A stretch of DNA of 64,000 nt from Octopus sinensis (Eukaryota), in assembly GCF_006345805.1 (NCBI RefSeq), contig NC_043014.1:24118001-24182000 (forward strand), written 5' to 3'. Numbering within the stretch: the first letter of the stretch is position 1; the number at the start of each line of letters is the position of its first letter. Made by a program: the position numbers and the translations under genes. Below are positions 1-14,000 of the stretch, in pieces. The notes under the pieces were generated by a model, which did not search any database, was not told the origin of the DNA, and saw only the letters and a program-made list of their open reading frames with translations.

Positions 1-415
1 CTTTTTCAATGCTGCTTTCCTTCTATTTTCTTTTCAAAATGACTATAAGACACTTCACCATTAACCCATCCTTTGACATTATTTCTTTGTATCTTAATGC
101 AGTAAAGTGTTCTCTGATGATTCATTCTACTTAAGCATCCAAATGCATTTGGAATACACAAATGCTGGTTTCCAAGCAACCATAATGTATGTAAGAACTA
201 ATATATAAACCTGTGATTATCTTAATTTCTCTAGATTTGCTCTGTATCATTACTAGTAATAGTAATGAGATACACTAATAGTAAAGTAGTTACTTAACCG
301 GCATACTGGAAGTAGATTAGAATACGATAATTTATGTGGAGCTCTCAACACAACAGTAGCAGTCTTACATCTATTTGTGTACACATGAGATATTATATAT
401 ATATATACATATATA

Positions 416-1255
416 CAGGGTGCGGTGAATAAAATGTTGTATAAATTACGCAAAAATGAAAATAACACTGATCTTATTTTAACAGATATATTTACCTCAA
501 TTACATAAAAATATCTTGAAATATTAGAGTAAATTTATTCAATAAAATCGCCATTGGCTTCAACCATGGCCACCAGACGACTTTGAAATCCCTTGCAACA
601 TTTCTATTTAAGTTGGTGAATGCTGCCATAATCCTTGCCTTCAGTGTATGTTTGGTGTTACAAGGAGTTTTGTTAGTCTCTCGCTCAACTGCACCCCATG
701 CATAATATTCAAAGAGGTTGCAGTGTGGGGATTTAGGTGGCCAGATGTTAGGGATGATGTGGTCACAGAAATTTTCTGACAGCCATGACTGGGTTCCCCT
801 GCTTGTGTGGCATGGTGCAGAGTTCTGTTGCCAGACATAGGGTCTTCTAGCAGCCACTCTCTTCACCCAGGGTCACACTACCTCCTCCAGGCACTTGATG
901 TAGGCCATGTGGGAAGATGAATGGAAACATAACTATGCCCTCACTAGCGAACACTCCAAGCACTCCATGTTGATTAGATGTTTGATTTTTATCACTCTCG
1001 GTACATGCACTGTTCTCAGATTGACACCCAAACACTCTGAAATGTTCATATTGGAGCTTCTGGCATGAATGCCAAGCAGTACAGCATGTCATTTCCAAAT
1101 TTCTGACAGAGTGAGTTGCCTCATGGAATGGTTTTTCTCACAGATGGTGCCCAACTGACCCTACAGTAATGTGTAGTTGATAAAATTAAAAATAAACAAT
1201 GAGAATGGGCAAAATTAAAAATATAAAATGGCAATATTTTACCCACTGCACCCTA
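416..1255 (-). mobile_element. Tc1/mariner DD37D (maT-like) DNA transposon, internally deleted and decayed
   Basis: TA-flanked imperfect TIRs (CAGGGTGCGGTGAATAAAATG at 416; reverse complement TAGGGTGCAGTGGGTAAAATA at the right end). ORF 501-866 has WQQNSAPCH...WPPKSPHCNLFEY, with 37 residues between the positions of the 2nd and 3rd catalytic Asp, both mutated. Confidence 0.85.
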
Positions 1256-1318
1256 TATATATATCAGAAATTAAATAAATGACAAGAGAACTAGAAATTA
1301 TATAATGAACTTCATTAG

Positions 1319-1395
1319 CTCACAGCTGTTTCTACTATAAGATGCAGTGCAATTAAAGCTGAGTGCTCAGGTATCACCTTACAGTTTCATTGGAG
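1319..1395 (-). ncRNA. degenerate type I hammerhead ribozyme motif
   Basis: Minus strand reads ctc-CCAATGA-a-actgtaag...cttatagt-a-GAAA-cagctg-tg-ag. Stem II pairs, stem III is the ACAGCTGT palindrome, and the CUGANGA box is mutated. Confidence 0.5.
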
Positions 1396-2085
1396 CATAT
1401 GTATATTGAGTTCTCACACAAGGTTATTTGTATCATTATGCCTAAATGAAATATCGATGTGTGTGTGTGGGGAGGGGGGTTCAGACAAATTCGTTTTTTC
1501 CCCTTTTATTTTCATCCTTATTTTTCATCAACAATTTTAACAAATCAGTCAAGAATATATTGTCTTCATTGTTCACAACTTCTTGCATATGTTTCACTAG
1601 ACTGTCTATTCCTTAAAAGTAGAAATCACTGGCTGTTAACTCAAATAATTCATTGCACAATGTTTTCAGCTCCACATCATTGAAAAAGCTTCACAGAGAC
1701 TGACTGTAAAAGATGATAATCTGCAGGCACTATATTAAGAGAATATGGTGAGCGTGAAAGAACTTCCTAGTCAAGCTCTTGAATAGCATTTTTGGTCAAA
1801 TTAGTGATGTGGCAGTGAACATTGTTGTGTTGAAGAAGTATGCCATGTCATTGGTCAGGTCATTTCACTGGATTGCCTCATTAAGCCAGTGCATTTGCTG
1901 AACATGATGCTCTACATTGTCTGTGTGGTTGTTTTCAAGCATTTTTGTAGTGGATTAGCTCTTTCCAATCTCACCTAATATAGGTCATCACCTTGCATGG
2001 ATATAGCTCTGGCTTGGCTTGAGGTACTATTTGTTTGTTGGGACACAGCTATTGTTTTCTCTGCTTCATATTGATGTAAAAACAC

Positions 2086-2131
<46 letters not shown>

Positions 2132-2521
2132 ATTACAGGAAAGACAGTTTGTGTTCAAAAGTAACTGTCAAGCAAGCAAACTAGTGGTGATAGGGGAGCA
2201 CTGGAGTTTTTCTCTTTCATTTACAACAGGGGTTGGTGAACCGAGGTAAAATAACCCCAAGTGGGGTAAAAATGAAAATCTTGGGGATAATGAGGACTCA
2301 TTAGCAGTGCCTGCTTAGGTGTGCTTAAGCACAGGGCCCTGGTGATCAAAAAAAGCTTTTACGATGAATTTTTCAAATGTCAAATGTTAAAATGTTTTAT
2401 GTAAAACATCGTAAAAAATGTTACTAGAAATCCAGTCCTTACTAATTTATTTACTATTTTACTTTCAAAAACAACAATAACGAAAAATGATGTAAAAAAA
2501 CCCAAAACATGTGTGTGTGTG

Positions 2522-2559
<38 letters not shown>

Positions 2560-3264
2560 AATATCAGGAAATCAATATTAGAAAATTCTGCAGAAAGATA
2601 TATATGTGTGTAAAATAATTGTAACAAGAATATAAATATATATAAATATATGTAAATGTGTATAAGTATAAATATATAATGTATATGACAGTTTAAAAGT
2701 TTCGAATTAAGTTTTTAAAGCATCTTACGATCATTTCACAGAAGTGTTGTTCTTATAACGGAATCCTATATTGATAAGCATTTATAGTCAACTCTTCTGT
2801 TCTTTAGAGATATAAAATTTGCATTTTGTATAATATATCGAATGGTAGTTTTTTTTTAAATTTGAAGTAATACTATAAAATGTTGTTTGTTTGAAATATA
2901 AATTTAAAATTAAAAATTACTGCTTTTGATTTTGGTAAGTACACTTTAGTATGAGAGTCTTTAAATCCATATATATTTCCATGGTTAGTCTTCTGTAATA
3001 ATCCATAATAGTTATGTGTAAAATCCATTATATTGTCTTGTATTCCAAATATATTTCATAGACTTGGATAATATAAAATAATGGAATCCTATATTGATAA
3101 GCATTTATAGATAGATAACTCTTCTTCTCTTCAGTAATATCAAATGTGAAATTTGTATAATTTAACGAATAGTAGTTTTTTTTTTTAAATTATGATTCAT
3201 AATTATAATGAGATGAATCCAATGATATATCGATAAACAAGTTATTAGGAATTGTTATCATATA

Positions 3265-4797
3265 GTGGTACATACATATTTCAGTATGGTATCTTTAGAA
3301 ATATGTGATGCAGATGGCATTGTAGACACTTTAAAAATTGAATTAGTGAAAAAGAAATTAGATATAAAAAATTTACTGGCTATAGGAACTGACAATACTA
3401 GAGTAATGATAGGAGTCAACAATGATATTTTCCAGAAATTAAAAGAAGTTCCATCATTACTTCTATTTAGATGTGTATGTCATTCTTTACAATTGGCAGT
3501 ATCCCACACTTGTGCTGAATGTTTGCCCATAAATTTAGAATTTTTAGTATCCGAAACCTATAAATGGTCCTCTCATTCTTCAACAAGACAAAGTGCTTAC
3601 AAACAACTTTACCTTGCTATCAATAATAAAGAGCCATTGAAGATCATGAATTCTTGTACAACTAGGTGGCTGTCAATAGAACCAGCGATAAATAGAATTT
3701 TAAGCCAATGGTTTGAATTGCAAACTCACTTCCAAACTACAACCACAAAAGAAAAATACTTTACAGCACAAACGTTACATGAAATGTTTTGTGATTCTAG
3801 GAATGAACTTTACCTTTTATTTTTGCATCCAATTTTAAAACAAAATTACTTGAATATCTTTCAAATTTGATCAAATCTGTTTCTAATATGACGGTGTTGC
3901 CAACATGTGGAATTGATCCTCTTTACCTGGATGCTTCTATTGAAAAATTTCTGGATCCTAAACCAAATTTAGGCAACAGGCTTGAGAGAAAGATAGCAGA
4001 AATGATTATCAAGAAGCCGCCGAAGAAAATAATATTTGCAAGAGAGCACAATTTTTACTCTGCCTTTATAAAGAGCTCAAGCACCGTTTGCCAAGAAATA
4101 TTAATATACTGAGGAATATCAAATGTTTTTCAGTAGAGAATATTTTGAAGCATTTCAAAGAGCCAATTTTACCTGTCTTAGAAGCAATGCATTTAAATGA
4201 AGAAAAAATTGCTTCAATTGAAATTCAGTTTAATAGCATTCATTTAGTTAAATGGACAAATATGTCTAATACTGAGGCATTCTGGCTGGAAGTCTTGAAC
4301 TATAAAAATGCTACTGGAGGAAATCCTTTTAGAGATGTTGCAAATTTTGCCATTAATTTATTGACATTGCCAAACTCAGATGCAGAAGTTGAACGGTTGC
4401 TCAGTAGTATGGGTATAATCAAATCAAAATTGAAAAACAAAATGCATCTTCCTATGCTTAGATCAATACTGTCTATAAAATATGGCCTGAAAAGATATGG
4501 CAAATGTTGCAAAAACTTCGATATTCCAAAACCCATAATTAACAAGATTGGGACCTTGAATGTATACAGAAGTCAAGACCTAGGCACTGCAGCTGAAAGT
4601 GATCAAATTAGTGAAATTCAAGAAATTATTTCTCAACGCTGAATATAATTAAAGAAAGTAAATAAAAATGTAAATAAAAATTAAGCTTTTTCATATAATT
4701 AGTCTTCAGCATTTTTTTGTCATATTTAGCATTTTTTTTTTTGTATTTTTTCTACTGAAATTTAGCATAAAATTCTGATTTTAAGTTGGCAACACTG
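3265..4797 (+). mobile_element. hAT-superfamily transposase pseudogene with 3' TIR
   Basis: Three frameshifted ORFs carry IGTDNT, RCVCHSLQL, TTRWLS and a C-terminal dimerisation motif (FW...LLTLPNSDAEVERLLS). GTTGGCAACACTG at 4785-4797 is the reverse complement of CAGTGTTGCCAAC, a hAT-type terminus, preceded by TTAGCATTT subterminal repeats. No 5' TIR seen. Confidence 0.9.
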
Positions 4798-5289
4798 GTA
4801 TGCATGTATGTGTGCACGTATGAAAGGTTTTTTTCAATTTCTGTCAAGCAAATCCACTCCCAAAGCTTTGAGAGTATTTTCTTCTCTGAAGACCTGCTGT
4901 TCAGATCTCTTGAGAGTTTCTTACCACTCCTAGTTCAAGATGCACTAATAAAAGACAGGATAGTCATGATTGAAAAATCTCTAATCATAAACCTGTTAGA
5001 TGAGGGTTTAACTGGAGTTAAACAACAATAACAACAGCAAGATAGTTGACCTAACCATATGGAACCTATACACAGTTTGGTAGATTGGGCTGTTTGAGAA
5101 GTAAGTGCTGTGTGGGGGTGGTGAGGGGACACTATAATGATTGTAACAGAATATAAACTTCTCACTGTCAATTCAGCCAACTGCTCTGTTTCAAATTATA
5201 ATTCTGTCTCACTGCCCTCATTCCCCACAACTCATCATGCTTTTGTTCTTTTGCTGGACTACAACCATACCTGGGCACTGCCTTCAAGG

Positions 5290-5580
5290 CTTTAGGCAAT
5301 CATATCAATCCTTTTACTTATTTTATACTTGGTACTTATTCTTACTAATTTCTATTTGTTGAACTGTCAGAGATACAAATAAAAACCCAGACACAGACGC
5401 ACACACACAAGGGTGTTTGTACAGTTTCTGTTTACCAACTTTTATATTTCATCCAGAAGGCATTGATCAACCTGAGGTTATAAAAAAAAACAATTGCCCA
5501 AGATTTCATGCAATGTAATCAAACCAGAAACCATGTGGTTGTGAAGCAACCTTCTTAACCACACAGCCATGCCTGCCATC
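5290..5580 (-). mobile_element. tRNA-derived SINE, decayed
   Basis: Minus-strand head TGGCTGTGTGGTTAAGAAG...CAACCACATGGTT, shared with the copies at 10.6-11.0, 37.8 and 53.9 kb. Confidence 0.7.
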
Positions 5581-5646
5581 ACAGTCAGTTTTAATTCATC
5601 ATTTTTGTTTTTGAAATGGTTAATCATAGAATACTATGAACTTTAC

Positions 5647-5809
5647 CTTAAGTGCCTGGCAGTTTGACAAATTAAGGTCCTGTAGGTTATTACAGCTACT
5701 TATTGCCATGAAGGAAGAACTCTGAATACATTGGCAGTTTCGCAGATTTAAGTGCAGCAGATATGGACGGTAGAGGTAAATCAGTTTGCTCACAGTCAAA
5801 TCATTCAAT
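5647..5809 (-). CDS. FBXL13: F-box/LRR protein (FBXL13/DRC6-like), first LRR exon; last exon found in window
   Basis: Acceptor ttctag|, donor |gtaaag, 163 nt. Encodes (R)LNDLTVSKLIYLYRPYLLHLNLRNCQCIQSSSFMAISSCNNLQDLNLSNCQALK, which resembles the first LRRs of FBXL13. Phase matches the upstream 26-nt exon. Confidence 0.9.
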
Positions 5810-6226
5810 CTAGAAATGTAATGGTATATATCAAAATATATCAAACACTCACTAATTGGTTTAATGATTTTAACATAAATACAAATCATTGTCCTTATCA
5901 TTATCAGTTTTCCACTGATTTAGAATGCAATCTAGACTATAGTGGTACATAGATGAGTGTTCACTATGTTTGATCAATGATTGACTTTATTTTTGTCATT
6001 ACTCATCCTATTACATCGACACACAAAAAATTAAATGCAAGCAAGGTACAAATGAGCACAATTGTGTGGTGGTATTGATAGCCAATCAAGAAAAAGATGT
6101 ATGCAAACAACTAATGAAAATTCTAAATTCGGATGATATACCATTAATGGTCAAATAATTAATTATCTGCAAAAAATCTATTCAATGAATTGCCAGTTGA
6201 TAAAAAATTGTACCATGACCTCTTAC

Positions 6227-6252
6227 CTATGGTTTATTTCATGAAGATTAAG
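6227..6252 (-). CDS. FBXL13: FBXL13-like 26-nt micro-exon
   Basis: Acceptor ttttttgtttcag|, donor |gtaaga. Encodes LNLHEINH(R). It supplies exactly the phase 0-to-2 link needed between the 12094 and 5809 exons. Confidence 0.85.
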
Positions 6253-6849
6253 CTGAAACAAAAAAATAGATGTGTTTAACATTGAGAAAAATGAATGTTA
6301 TATATAACAATTAAAACTTTGGGGAGACTAGAAGTGATCTTCATTAGTAAGAAATAATTTAGTAAAAATTAATTTTATGTTCCTTCAAAGATTGCTGACC
6401 TTGTGTCTAAATTAGAATCTACTGTGCTAACAATTGATATACCTCAATTTTAGTTTGATTTAATTTTATTAAAAAATTTTTTTTTACAAATACAATATTA
6501 CAAAAAAATTCTTGTAGCGCTAATATGGTCAAACTTTAGTGCTGATATTGATTTCAAAAACTGATGGAAGACCATAAACTTTGAGGAAGGATATAATCTA
6601 TTATACTGACCCATTGCTTGACTGGTACTATAAATCAACTACTGAGAAAGAATAAAATACAAATCTGACCTTGGCAGGATTTGAACTCAAAATGTAAGGT
6701 ATTTTGTTTGATACTCTAATGGATTCTAAAAGTGATACTCTAACTCACACATATATAAAATACAAATTTTATGTAAACAAAAATCATTCCTGGTGAATCT
6801 CTGAAATGAGATGAAAGTATTCAAGAAATGATTATCTAAAATTCTAACT

Positions 6850-9800
6850 ACCTCTTTTTCTTAATATATAAAATAATCTATACCTATTTATTTGAATGTA
6901 CAAGACATCAGAGTGAATGAATTACAATTAAACTCGCAACTGAAAGATACCAGAAATGTAGAGGAAGTCTTCACAGAAATATCTAGTAAGTTGAATCTAA
7001 TTATCTTAAAACTCAACACTATTTTCACTACCAAAGATGAAGTTGTGAATGGCATTCATGCACAAGGAACACTTCTTAAAGACACTCTAGCAACAAAGAC
7101 CAACAATACAGATTCTACCAATGAGCCATCCCTATCTAGAAGAAAAATTTACAAGAGAGAAACAAAAGTTGATACACAAAAGCAAAAACCATTAAAACAG
7201 TAACTCTAGAATAAACTTCTGAATCAAAACAAACATGCGTATTGGAAAAGTATTCGATGTGATAATATAGCCAACACATAGTAAAATTGGCAAAACAAAG
7301 AAAACTCAATACTCTCCAGAAAATTTCTCATGAGAAAAATGAAGGGTGAAACGCTGGAAGAGACAACAATATGTACAAGCTTAGCATTATGCCATCTAGA
7401 AACTGAAATATCCCTTTTCCAATCATGAAAAGTCCAATATGAAGAAAAATTCAAAACAATTGATATAGTCACGTTTACTGAAATTTCTGAATGAAATGAT
7501 AATCAAAATCAAGAAAAACTACAACTGTAGAAAGAAGACACCAAATGGGAAGAAGAAAAATCCACAAAAATGTGGGAAAAACATCAGGAATGGTTCACTA
7601 ATTGCTAAAAAACAGAGTAGAAAAATCAATTATGAAAATAAAACCACAACAAAAAATAAAAATCAAAGAAAAACATGGAAATCAATCCCAGAGGAACCAA
7701 AGATATCAGGCTTACAGTCATCCAAAGACATTTGCAGAGATGGCCTCAAGATCATCTCAAATACAAACTGGAAACCTATATGCCATAATGCCAACACATA
7801 ACTTTACCACAAACACACAAGATATAGAAGACAACCAGAAAACCATAATACCAAATACCCTAGATAGACAAAAACATGGGGAGAAAGACAAGGAAAAAAA
7901 CAGACAAAATAAAAATCATTATACAAACAGACATCATAGAAGCTTAACAAATCCATAGTTAACAACCAATAATCCCAAACATCTCAAATGGCCTAACAAA
8001 AATAAAAGAGGATGGTAAGAAGACAGACACTATAGCAATGTAATACAAGCAGAGAGCACAGAATATTCTCTCGCCTACAAAGAAATAAGAAACCCCAGAA
8101 ATATGAAACAGAGACATAATGTTACAACTCCTTAAGGTGGTGAGCTAGCAGAATCATTAGCATGCTGGACAAAATGCTTAGTGGTATTTTGTCTGAGTTC
8201 AAATTCTGCCAAGGCCTACATTGTCTTTCATCCTTTTGGGTTGATAAAATAAGTATCACTTGAGTGCTGAGGTTGGTGTAATCAACTTACCCCCCATCCT
8301 CTAAATTGCTGGCCTTGTGCCAAAATTCACAATCAATGTTACAACTCCTTTTTTAGGGAGAAGATACTACAGCCAGACCCCAGATCTGATGAAACAAAAT
8401 ATTTGAATAAATCCACAGAACATAAAGAGCCTAAAATTATAAATTTATCAAAAAGAAACCTCAATGAAAATGAAATAATTTATTTATTGAAAGGTTTCAA
8501 ATTTATCCATGCACCTGTTTCTAAAACTCATAAAACTAAAAGCAGATATTGAACATTTTAGTTACCACCTCTGCCTTATAGAATTCTTCAACAATAAGAA
8601 TATAAAAGATAAGTCAGTTGTTAGAAATAAGTCCTACTTCACCCCTTAGATGGGGAGTGAAAAGCATTTAGATACATATATAGACACAATTTCCAAATTA
8701 CCTCCCAGTACCCATAAATGCAAACAAAACCTTTGTAGAGAAGAAAAGGAAGCTTTACTAGCACTGAAGAATGACAACTCTTCATCCTAAAAGAAGCCAA
8801 TAAGGGTGGGGTAATAGTGATTATGGACACGGACTGTTATAAAGAAAAAATACTGGAAAATGTAACAGACCAAAATTTCTATAAGGAAGAAACAAGAATT
8901 CCAGAAAAAAATAGTAATGAATAAAATCAGAACATGAATTAATTAATACCCAGACTCCTTCACAGATAAAGAAATAGACTACTTATGTAACTCTGAAATT
9001 AAAGAAAGTAATTTCTATGGATTACCCAAGATCTACAAAAGCTTAGAAATACAGAGAGCCATAAATAATCAAAAGAGCCACTGATCTTAAATTGAGATAA
9101 ATAAAGGTCACTTCTTTGGGGACAAAATTTGCTCTCTCATGTGTTAACCTGGTTATGGGTTCTTTAGAAGAAAAACTATACAAAGAAGTAGGAAAAATTC
9201 TTGACCAAAATTTTAAGAAATGTGTTATTGAAATGTGGAAACACTTCATCAATGACTGCTTTATTTTGGGAGAGAAATCAAATGATGAGCTACAAATATT
9301 CAATAACATTGTGAACACCATTCATGAGTTACTATTCTTGGACATTTATGTAATGATAAATGACTCCACAGTAACAACAGAAATCTATTTTATGAAAAAC
9401 AGACCCACATCAGTATTTGAACTTCTACTCTTGCCATCCTTCACACATCAAAAAGAACATTCCATATAGTATGGCAAGACATATCTGTGCAATAGTAGCT
9501 GATCAAAAAATATGTCAAATTCAACTCAATGAATTCAAAGGCTTCCTAAAAAAAAAAAGTTTCCTTTTAAAATTAATAAATGAGGGAATTATAAATATGA
9601 TAAAAACTGGACATCATACAACTGAGGACATCTAAGAAAAAAATTAAAGAAAATACTATTCTATTTTTCAATAGACATAATCCATGAGTGACCAACATTT
9701 TCCACACTATAAAAACAAACCTACTAATACACTTACAAAGCCCCAAAATGAAGAATCCAGTTCATAAAAACTTTGTACAAAACAGTAAACATCAGTCAAA

Positions 9801-10260
9801 AAATCTTTAAAAACATCTCATGGATCCAAAATTTACATCAGAGGATAATCCAGAATTCTCCATGAAGGGCTGCAGAGATAATAGATGTGGACCATGTAAA
9901 ACAACAACTTCAAATATTTGGACACTGGTTCTCATATAATATTTAAAAGTGGATTCTCCTTCCAAGTAAATGCAGATAGGAACTGCAAGATACAGGATCT
10001 CATATACTGCATAACCTGCTCCAATTGCAAAGAAAACTATATTGGTGAAACCAACAATTTCCTTTACTAACATAAGAATCAACCGACAATATATCATACA
10101 ATATGTATTATGCAAGTTTTCACTGGAAATATGTGGAAACAGCAAATTCAAGATCTTTCCCTTCTACAAATAGCCAAGGGATGACCCAAAGTACTGGAAG
10201 CTAATGGAACTACATTTTATCAAAAAATTCTTACCTAAGCTAAACGTATAAAAAAAGAAA
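6850..10260 (+). mobile_element. Penelope-like retroelement (Neptune-like), decayed: RT plus GIY-YIG endonuclease
   Basis: Remnant motifs in order: IINLSKRNL..E..LLKGFKF (~8440), KEANKGGVIVIMD (~8790), FYGLPKIYK (~9015), MGTKFA..VNLVMG, FINDCF, PSHIKKNIPYSMA, a Cys linker CRDNRCGPCK (~9870) and LIYCITCSNCKENYIGET (~10000). Many stops and frameshifts. The 5' boundary is uncertain. Confidence 0.85.
8134..8334 (+). mobile_element. tRNA-derived SINE with 16-bp TSD, inserted into the PLE
   Basis: Direct repeat AATGTTACAACTCCTT at 8118-8133 and 8335-8350. Head GGTGGTGAGCTAGCAGAA...GAGTTCAAATTC. Same family as the 63.4-kb copy. Confidence 0.85.
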
Positions 10261-10574
10261 CAATATATATTTACTGTTACTAAAATAACTGGAAAAATTC
10301 ACTTAAGCAACCAATACCAAGCACACACACACACACTTACACACACACACACAAACACTCACTCATAGACACACATTTAAGAATGTTCCAAAACAAATTT
10401 TTTACACCTAGATAACATGACAACTGACAAAAAAATATTATGACTAAAAGAAAATTGAGCTTTTGAACTATCATCAATTTGAACCATCCCAGAAAAAAGC
10501 TCCTTTTCTACAGCTGGGTAGCATACAGCCGACCAAAAAATACAATGCAAATTCAACCTTCTCAGAAAAACACC

Positions 10575-10795
10575 CTTTACTCTTTTACTCTTCTACTTGT
10601 TTCAGTCATTTGACTGTGACCATGCTGGAGCACCGCCTTTAATTGAGCAAATCGACCCCAGGACTTATTCTTTGGAAGCCTAGTACTTATTCTATCGGTG
10701 TCTTTTGCCAAACCACTAAGTTACGGGGATGTAAACACAACAGCATCAGCTGTCAAGCGATGTTGGGGGGACAAGCACAGACACACAAACATATA

Positions 10796-10845
<50 letters not shown>

Positions 10846-11010
10846 TACGACAGGCTTCTTTCAGTTTCCGTCAACCAAATCTACTCACAAGGCTTTGGTC
10901 AGCCCGAGGCTATAGTAGAAGACAGTTACCCAAGGTGCCACGCAGTGGGACTGAACCTGGAACCATGTGGTTCATAAGCAAGCTACTTACCACACAGCCA
11001 CTCCTATGCC
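10575..11010 (-). mobile_element. tRNA-derived SINE, near full length with internal (TA)n
   Basis: Minus-strand A/B-box-like head (TGGCTGTGTGG...GGTTCAGTCCC), a central AATAAGTAC...CTGGGGTCGAT segment and the tail ACAAGTAGAAGAGTAAAAGAG. Confidence 0.85.
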
Positions 11011-11286
11011 TGTTAACTCTTTCTTTCTGCCTATATTTCTTTTTTTCATTTTTTCCTTTTTCCTCCCTCTAACAAAGCCTCCAAAAATTTACCACACACA
11101 CATACTTACACATACATAACCACACATATACACACGCATAGGTTTAAAAGAACAAAGAACATTCCCTTCCCAGATTTTTTCAATTGTACCTGAAACCATG
11201 AGGTCAGGAAGCAAACTTCATAACCACACAGTCATGCCTGCACCCATATATATGTGTGTGTGTTTTATATATATATATATAAATAA

Positions 11287-11319
<33 letters not shown>

Positions 11320-11765
11320 ATACATATATACGACAGGCTTCTTTCAGTTTCCGTCAACCAAATCTACTCACAAGGCTTTGGTCAGCCCGAGGCTATAGTA
11401 GAAGACAGTTACCCAAGGTGCCACGCAGTGGGACTGAACCTGGAACCATGTGGTTCATAAGCAAGCTACTTACCACACAGCCACTCCTATGCCTGTTAAC
11501 TCTTTCTTTCTGCCTATATTTCTTTTTTTCATTTTTTCCTTTTTCCTCCCTCTAACAAAGCCTCCAAAAATTTACCACACACACATACTTACACATACAT
11601 AACCACACATATACACACGCATAGGTTTAAAAGAACAAAGAACATTCCCTTCCCAGATTTTTTCAATTGTACCTGAAACCATGAGGTCAGGAAGCAAACT
11701 TCATAACCACACAGTCATGCCTGCACCCATATATATGTGTGTGTGTTTTATATATATATATATAA

Positions 11766-11810
<45 letters not shown>
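10843..11810. repeat. direct tandem duplication, ~483-bp unit x2
   Basis: CGACAGGCTTCTTTCAG starts at 10848 and again at 11331. The copies look identical outside their TA tracts, and the unit boundaries fall in (TA)n. Confidence 0.95.
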
Positions 11811-11818
<8 letters not shown>

Positions 11819-12093
11819 TACATGCATGTATGTATATGTAAACCTATGTAGTAGTCATACAAAGATGGCAAATCTAACTATTTCCTTGTTGACTGAAAAA
11901 AAATAATGAACAGCATTTATTGATTTTCGAATATTATTGGGCTTTCATCAGAGGTGTCTACATCACTTGAACAATCCCAGAGAAACAAGTAGCCAATTTG
12001 TTTATATACACAACAAAACCAGTAGCTTCAGAGAACTGGAGCTACTAATTTGCATGCTAAAATAGATTAGTCAATAGCTAATGATCTACTCAC

Positions 12094-12189
12094 CTTATAC
12101 TTGAGTGTACTGGCATTGGTTAGAACCTTCCAGGAATGGCATACACGGGCACAATGGGCAAGATCAATGGCATTTAAGAAACTAAATAT
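12094..12189 (-). CDS. FBXL13: FBXL13-like exon, C-terminal half of F-box
   Basis: Acceptor cttttag|, donor |gtgagt, 96 nt, phase 0/0. Encodes IFSFLNAIDLAHCARVCHSWKVLTNASTLKYK (F-box signature IF.FL...DL..C..VC..W). Confidence 0.93.
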
Positions 12190-12538
12190 CTAAAAGAAAT
12201 TATATATATATATATAGCAGCATACATACACTTTGTTCTCTTATGTGTGTGTGTGTGTGTTTGTCTGTTTGTGTGTGCACGCGCATGTGTGCGAGTGTGT
12301 GTGTGTGCATGCATGCATATGTATGTATTTCTCAACAACATATGGATGGATAAATAATCTCACTAGTCAGATACTATTAGGTTGCCAAGTATGAAATTTG
12401 TAGAAAGGGAAAAAAGTTTGCTAATGTTTTATAAATACAAGGAATAGTTTTATTCATCAAAGAATGCACCCATATTGTCCTGACTGAAAAAGTCTAGCAA
12501 TCTAGAGTCAATAAAATCTTGGAAGACCTGTTTTACAG

Positions 12539-13430
12539 CATCATCATCATCATCGTTTAGCGTCCACTTTCCATGCTGGCATGGGTTGGACAGTTCAACT
12601 GGGGTCTGGGAAGCCAGAAGCTGCACCAGGCCCAGTCTGATCTGGCAATGTTTCTACGGCTGGATGCCCTTCCTAACGCCAACCACTCCATGAGTGTAGT
12701 GGGTGCTTTTTACGTGCGTGATGAGGCTGGCAAACAGCCACGATCGGATGGTGCTTTTTACGTGCCACCGGCACGGAGGCCAGGCAGCGCTGGCAACGGC
12801 CATGATTGGATGGTGCTTTTTACGTGACACCGGCATGGAGGCCAGTCAGGGTGGTGCTGGCAACGGCTACATTCAGATGGTTCTCTTATGTGCCACTGGC
12901 ACTGGTATCACAGCTACAATTTCCGTTGATCGATTTTGATTTTGATTTTCACTTGCCTCAACAGGTCTTCACAAGTAGAGTTTTGTGTCCCAAGAAGGAA
13001 AGGTATGCATAAGTGGACTGGCTACATCCCAGGTAGAGGCCACAGGTTATGGTCTCACTTGTCCTGCCGGGTCTTCTCATACACAGCATACTTCCAAAGG
13101 TCTCGGTCTCTAGTCATTTCCTTGGTGAGACCTAATATTCAAAGGTCATGCTTCACCACCTCATCCCAGGTTTTCTTGGGTCTACCTCTTCCACAGGTTC
13201 CCTCAACCGCTAGGGTGTGGCACTTTTTCACACAACTATCTTCATCCATTCTCGCCACATGACCATACCAGTGCAAACGTCTCTTTTGCACACCACAACT
13301 GATGCTTCTTAGGTCCAACATTTCTCTCAAGGTACTTACACTCTGTCGAGTATGAACACTGACATTACACATCCATCGGAGCATACTGGCTTCATTTCTT
13401 GCAAGCTTACGCATATCCTCAGCAGTCAGT
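12539..13430 (-). mobile_element. RTE LINE 3' fragment including 3'UTR
   Basis: ORF 13139-13414 matches the C-terminus of the longer RTE copies (RWYGHVARM...GRGRPKKTW). The 3'UTR has minisatellite units and a (GAT)n tail at 12540. Confidence 0.92.
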
Positions 13431-13431
13431 C

Positions 13432-14000
13432 AGCAGTTGGAATTAAATTTTTTTCCTATCAACAATTTATCCAAATTCTGGAAGAAGTGGTAGTCAGTGG
13501 GGGCAAGATCAGGTGAGTGTGGTGGATGATGGAGAACTTCCAACTCCTGTAGTTTCGCCTATGTCATTTTTGTGATGTGTGGTTTGGTGTTGTCTTGCAA
13601 TAAAATAGGAGTGAATCTGTTGACCAATCTAGGCTGTTTTTTTGTTTCTGCATCATTTGGTCCAGTTGGCTGCAGTATACTTCAGCCGTGATTGATGAGC
13701 CGGGTTTAATGAAATCATAATGGAACACACCTGCGCCTGACCACCAAACACACACCATCAGCTTCTTTTGATGAAGTTTGATTTTAGGACTGTTTTGGTG
13801 GCTCATCTTTCTCCAGCCATTGTGCTGAATGTTTACAGTTGTTGTATTGGATCCATTTCTCATTACATGTTACAATTTGATTAAAAAATTATTCATTTTT
13901 ATGATGAGAAAGTAGCTTAATGCAGGCTTCCAAACATTGCTGTTTCTGATTTTCATTGAGTTCATGTGGAACCCACTTATTCAACTTTATCACTTTACCA
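13432..14000 (-). mobile_element. mariner DD34D transposase fragment
   Basis: LHQKKLMVCVWWSGAGVFHYDFIKPGSSITAEVYCSQL, followed across a frameshift by ILLQDNTKPH...HPPHSPDLAPTDYHFF. Confidence 0.88.

Noticed and set aside
2227-2520. CAGGGGTTGG-type terminus as the 5' end of the hAT element
   Set aside because: It does not match the CAGTGTTGCCAAC TIR at 4785-4797. It is probably a separate fragment whose other end was not found.
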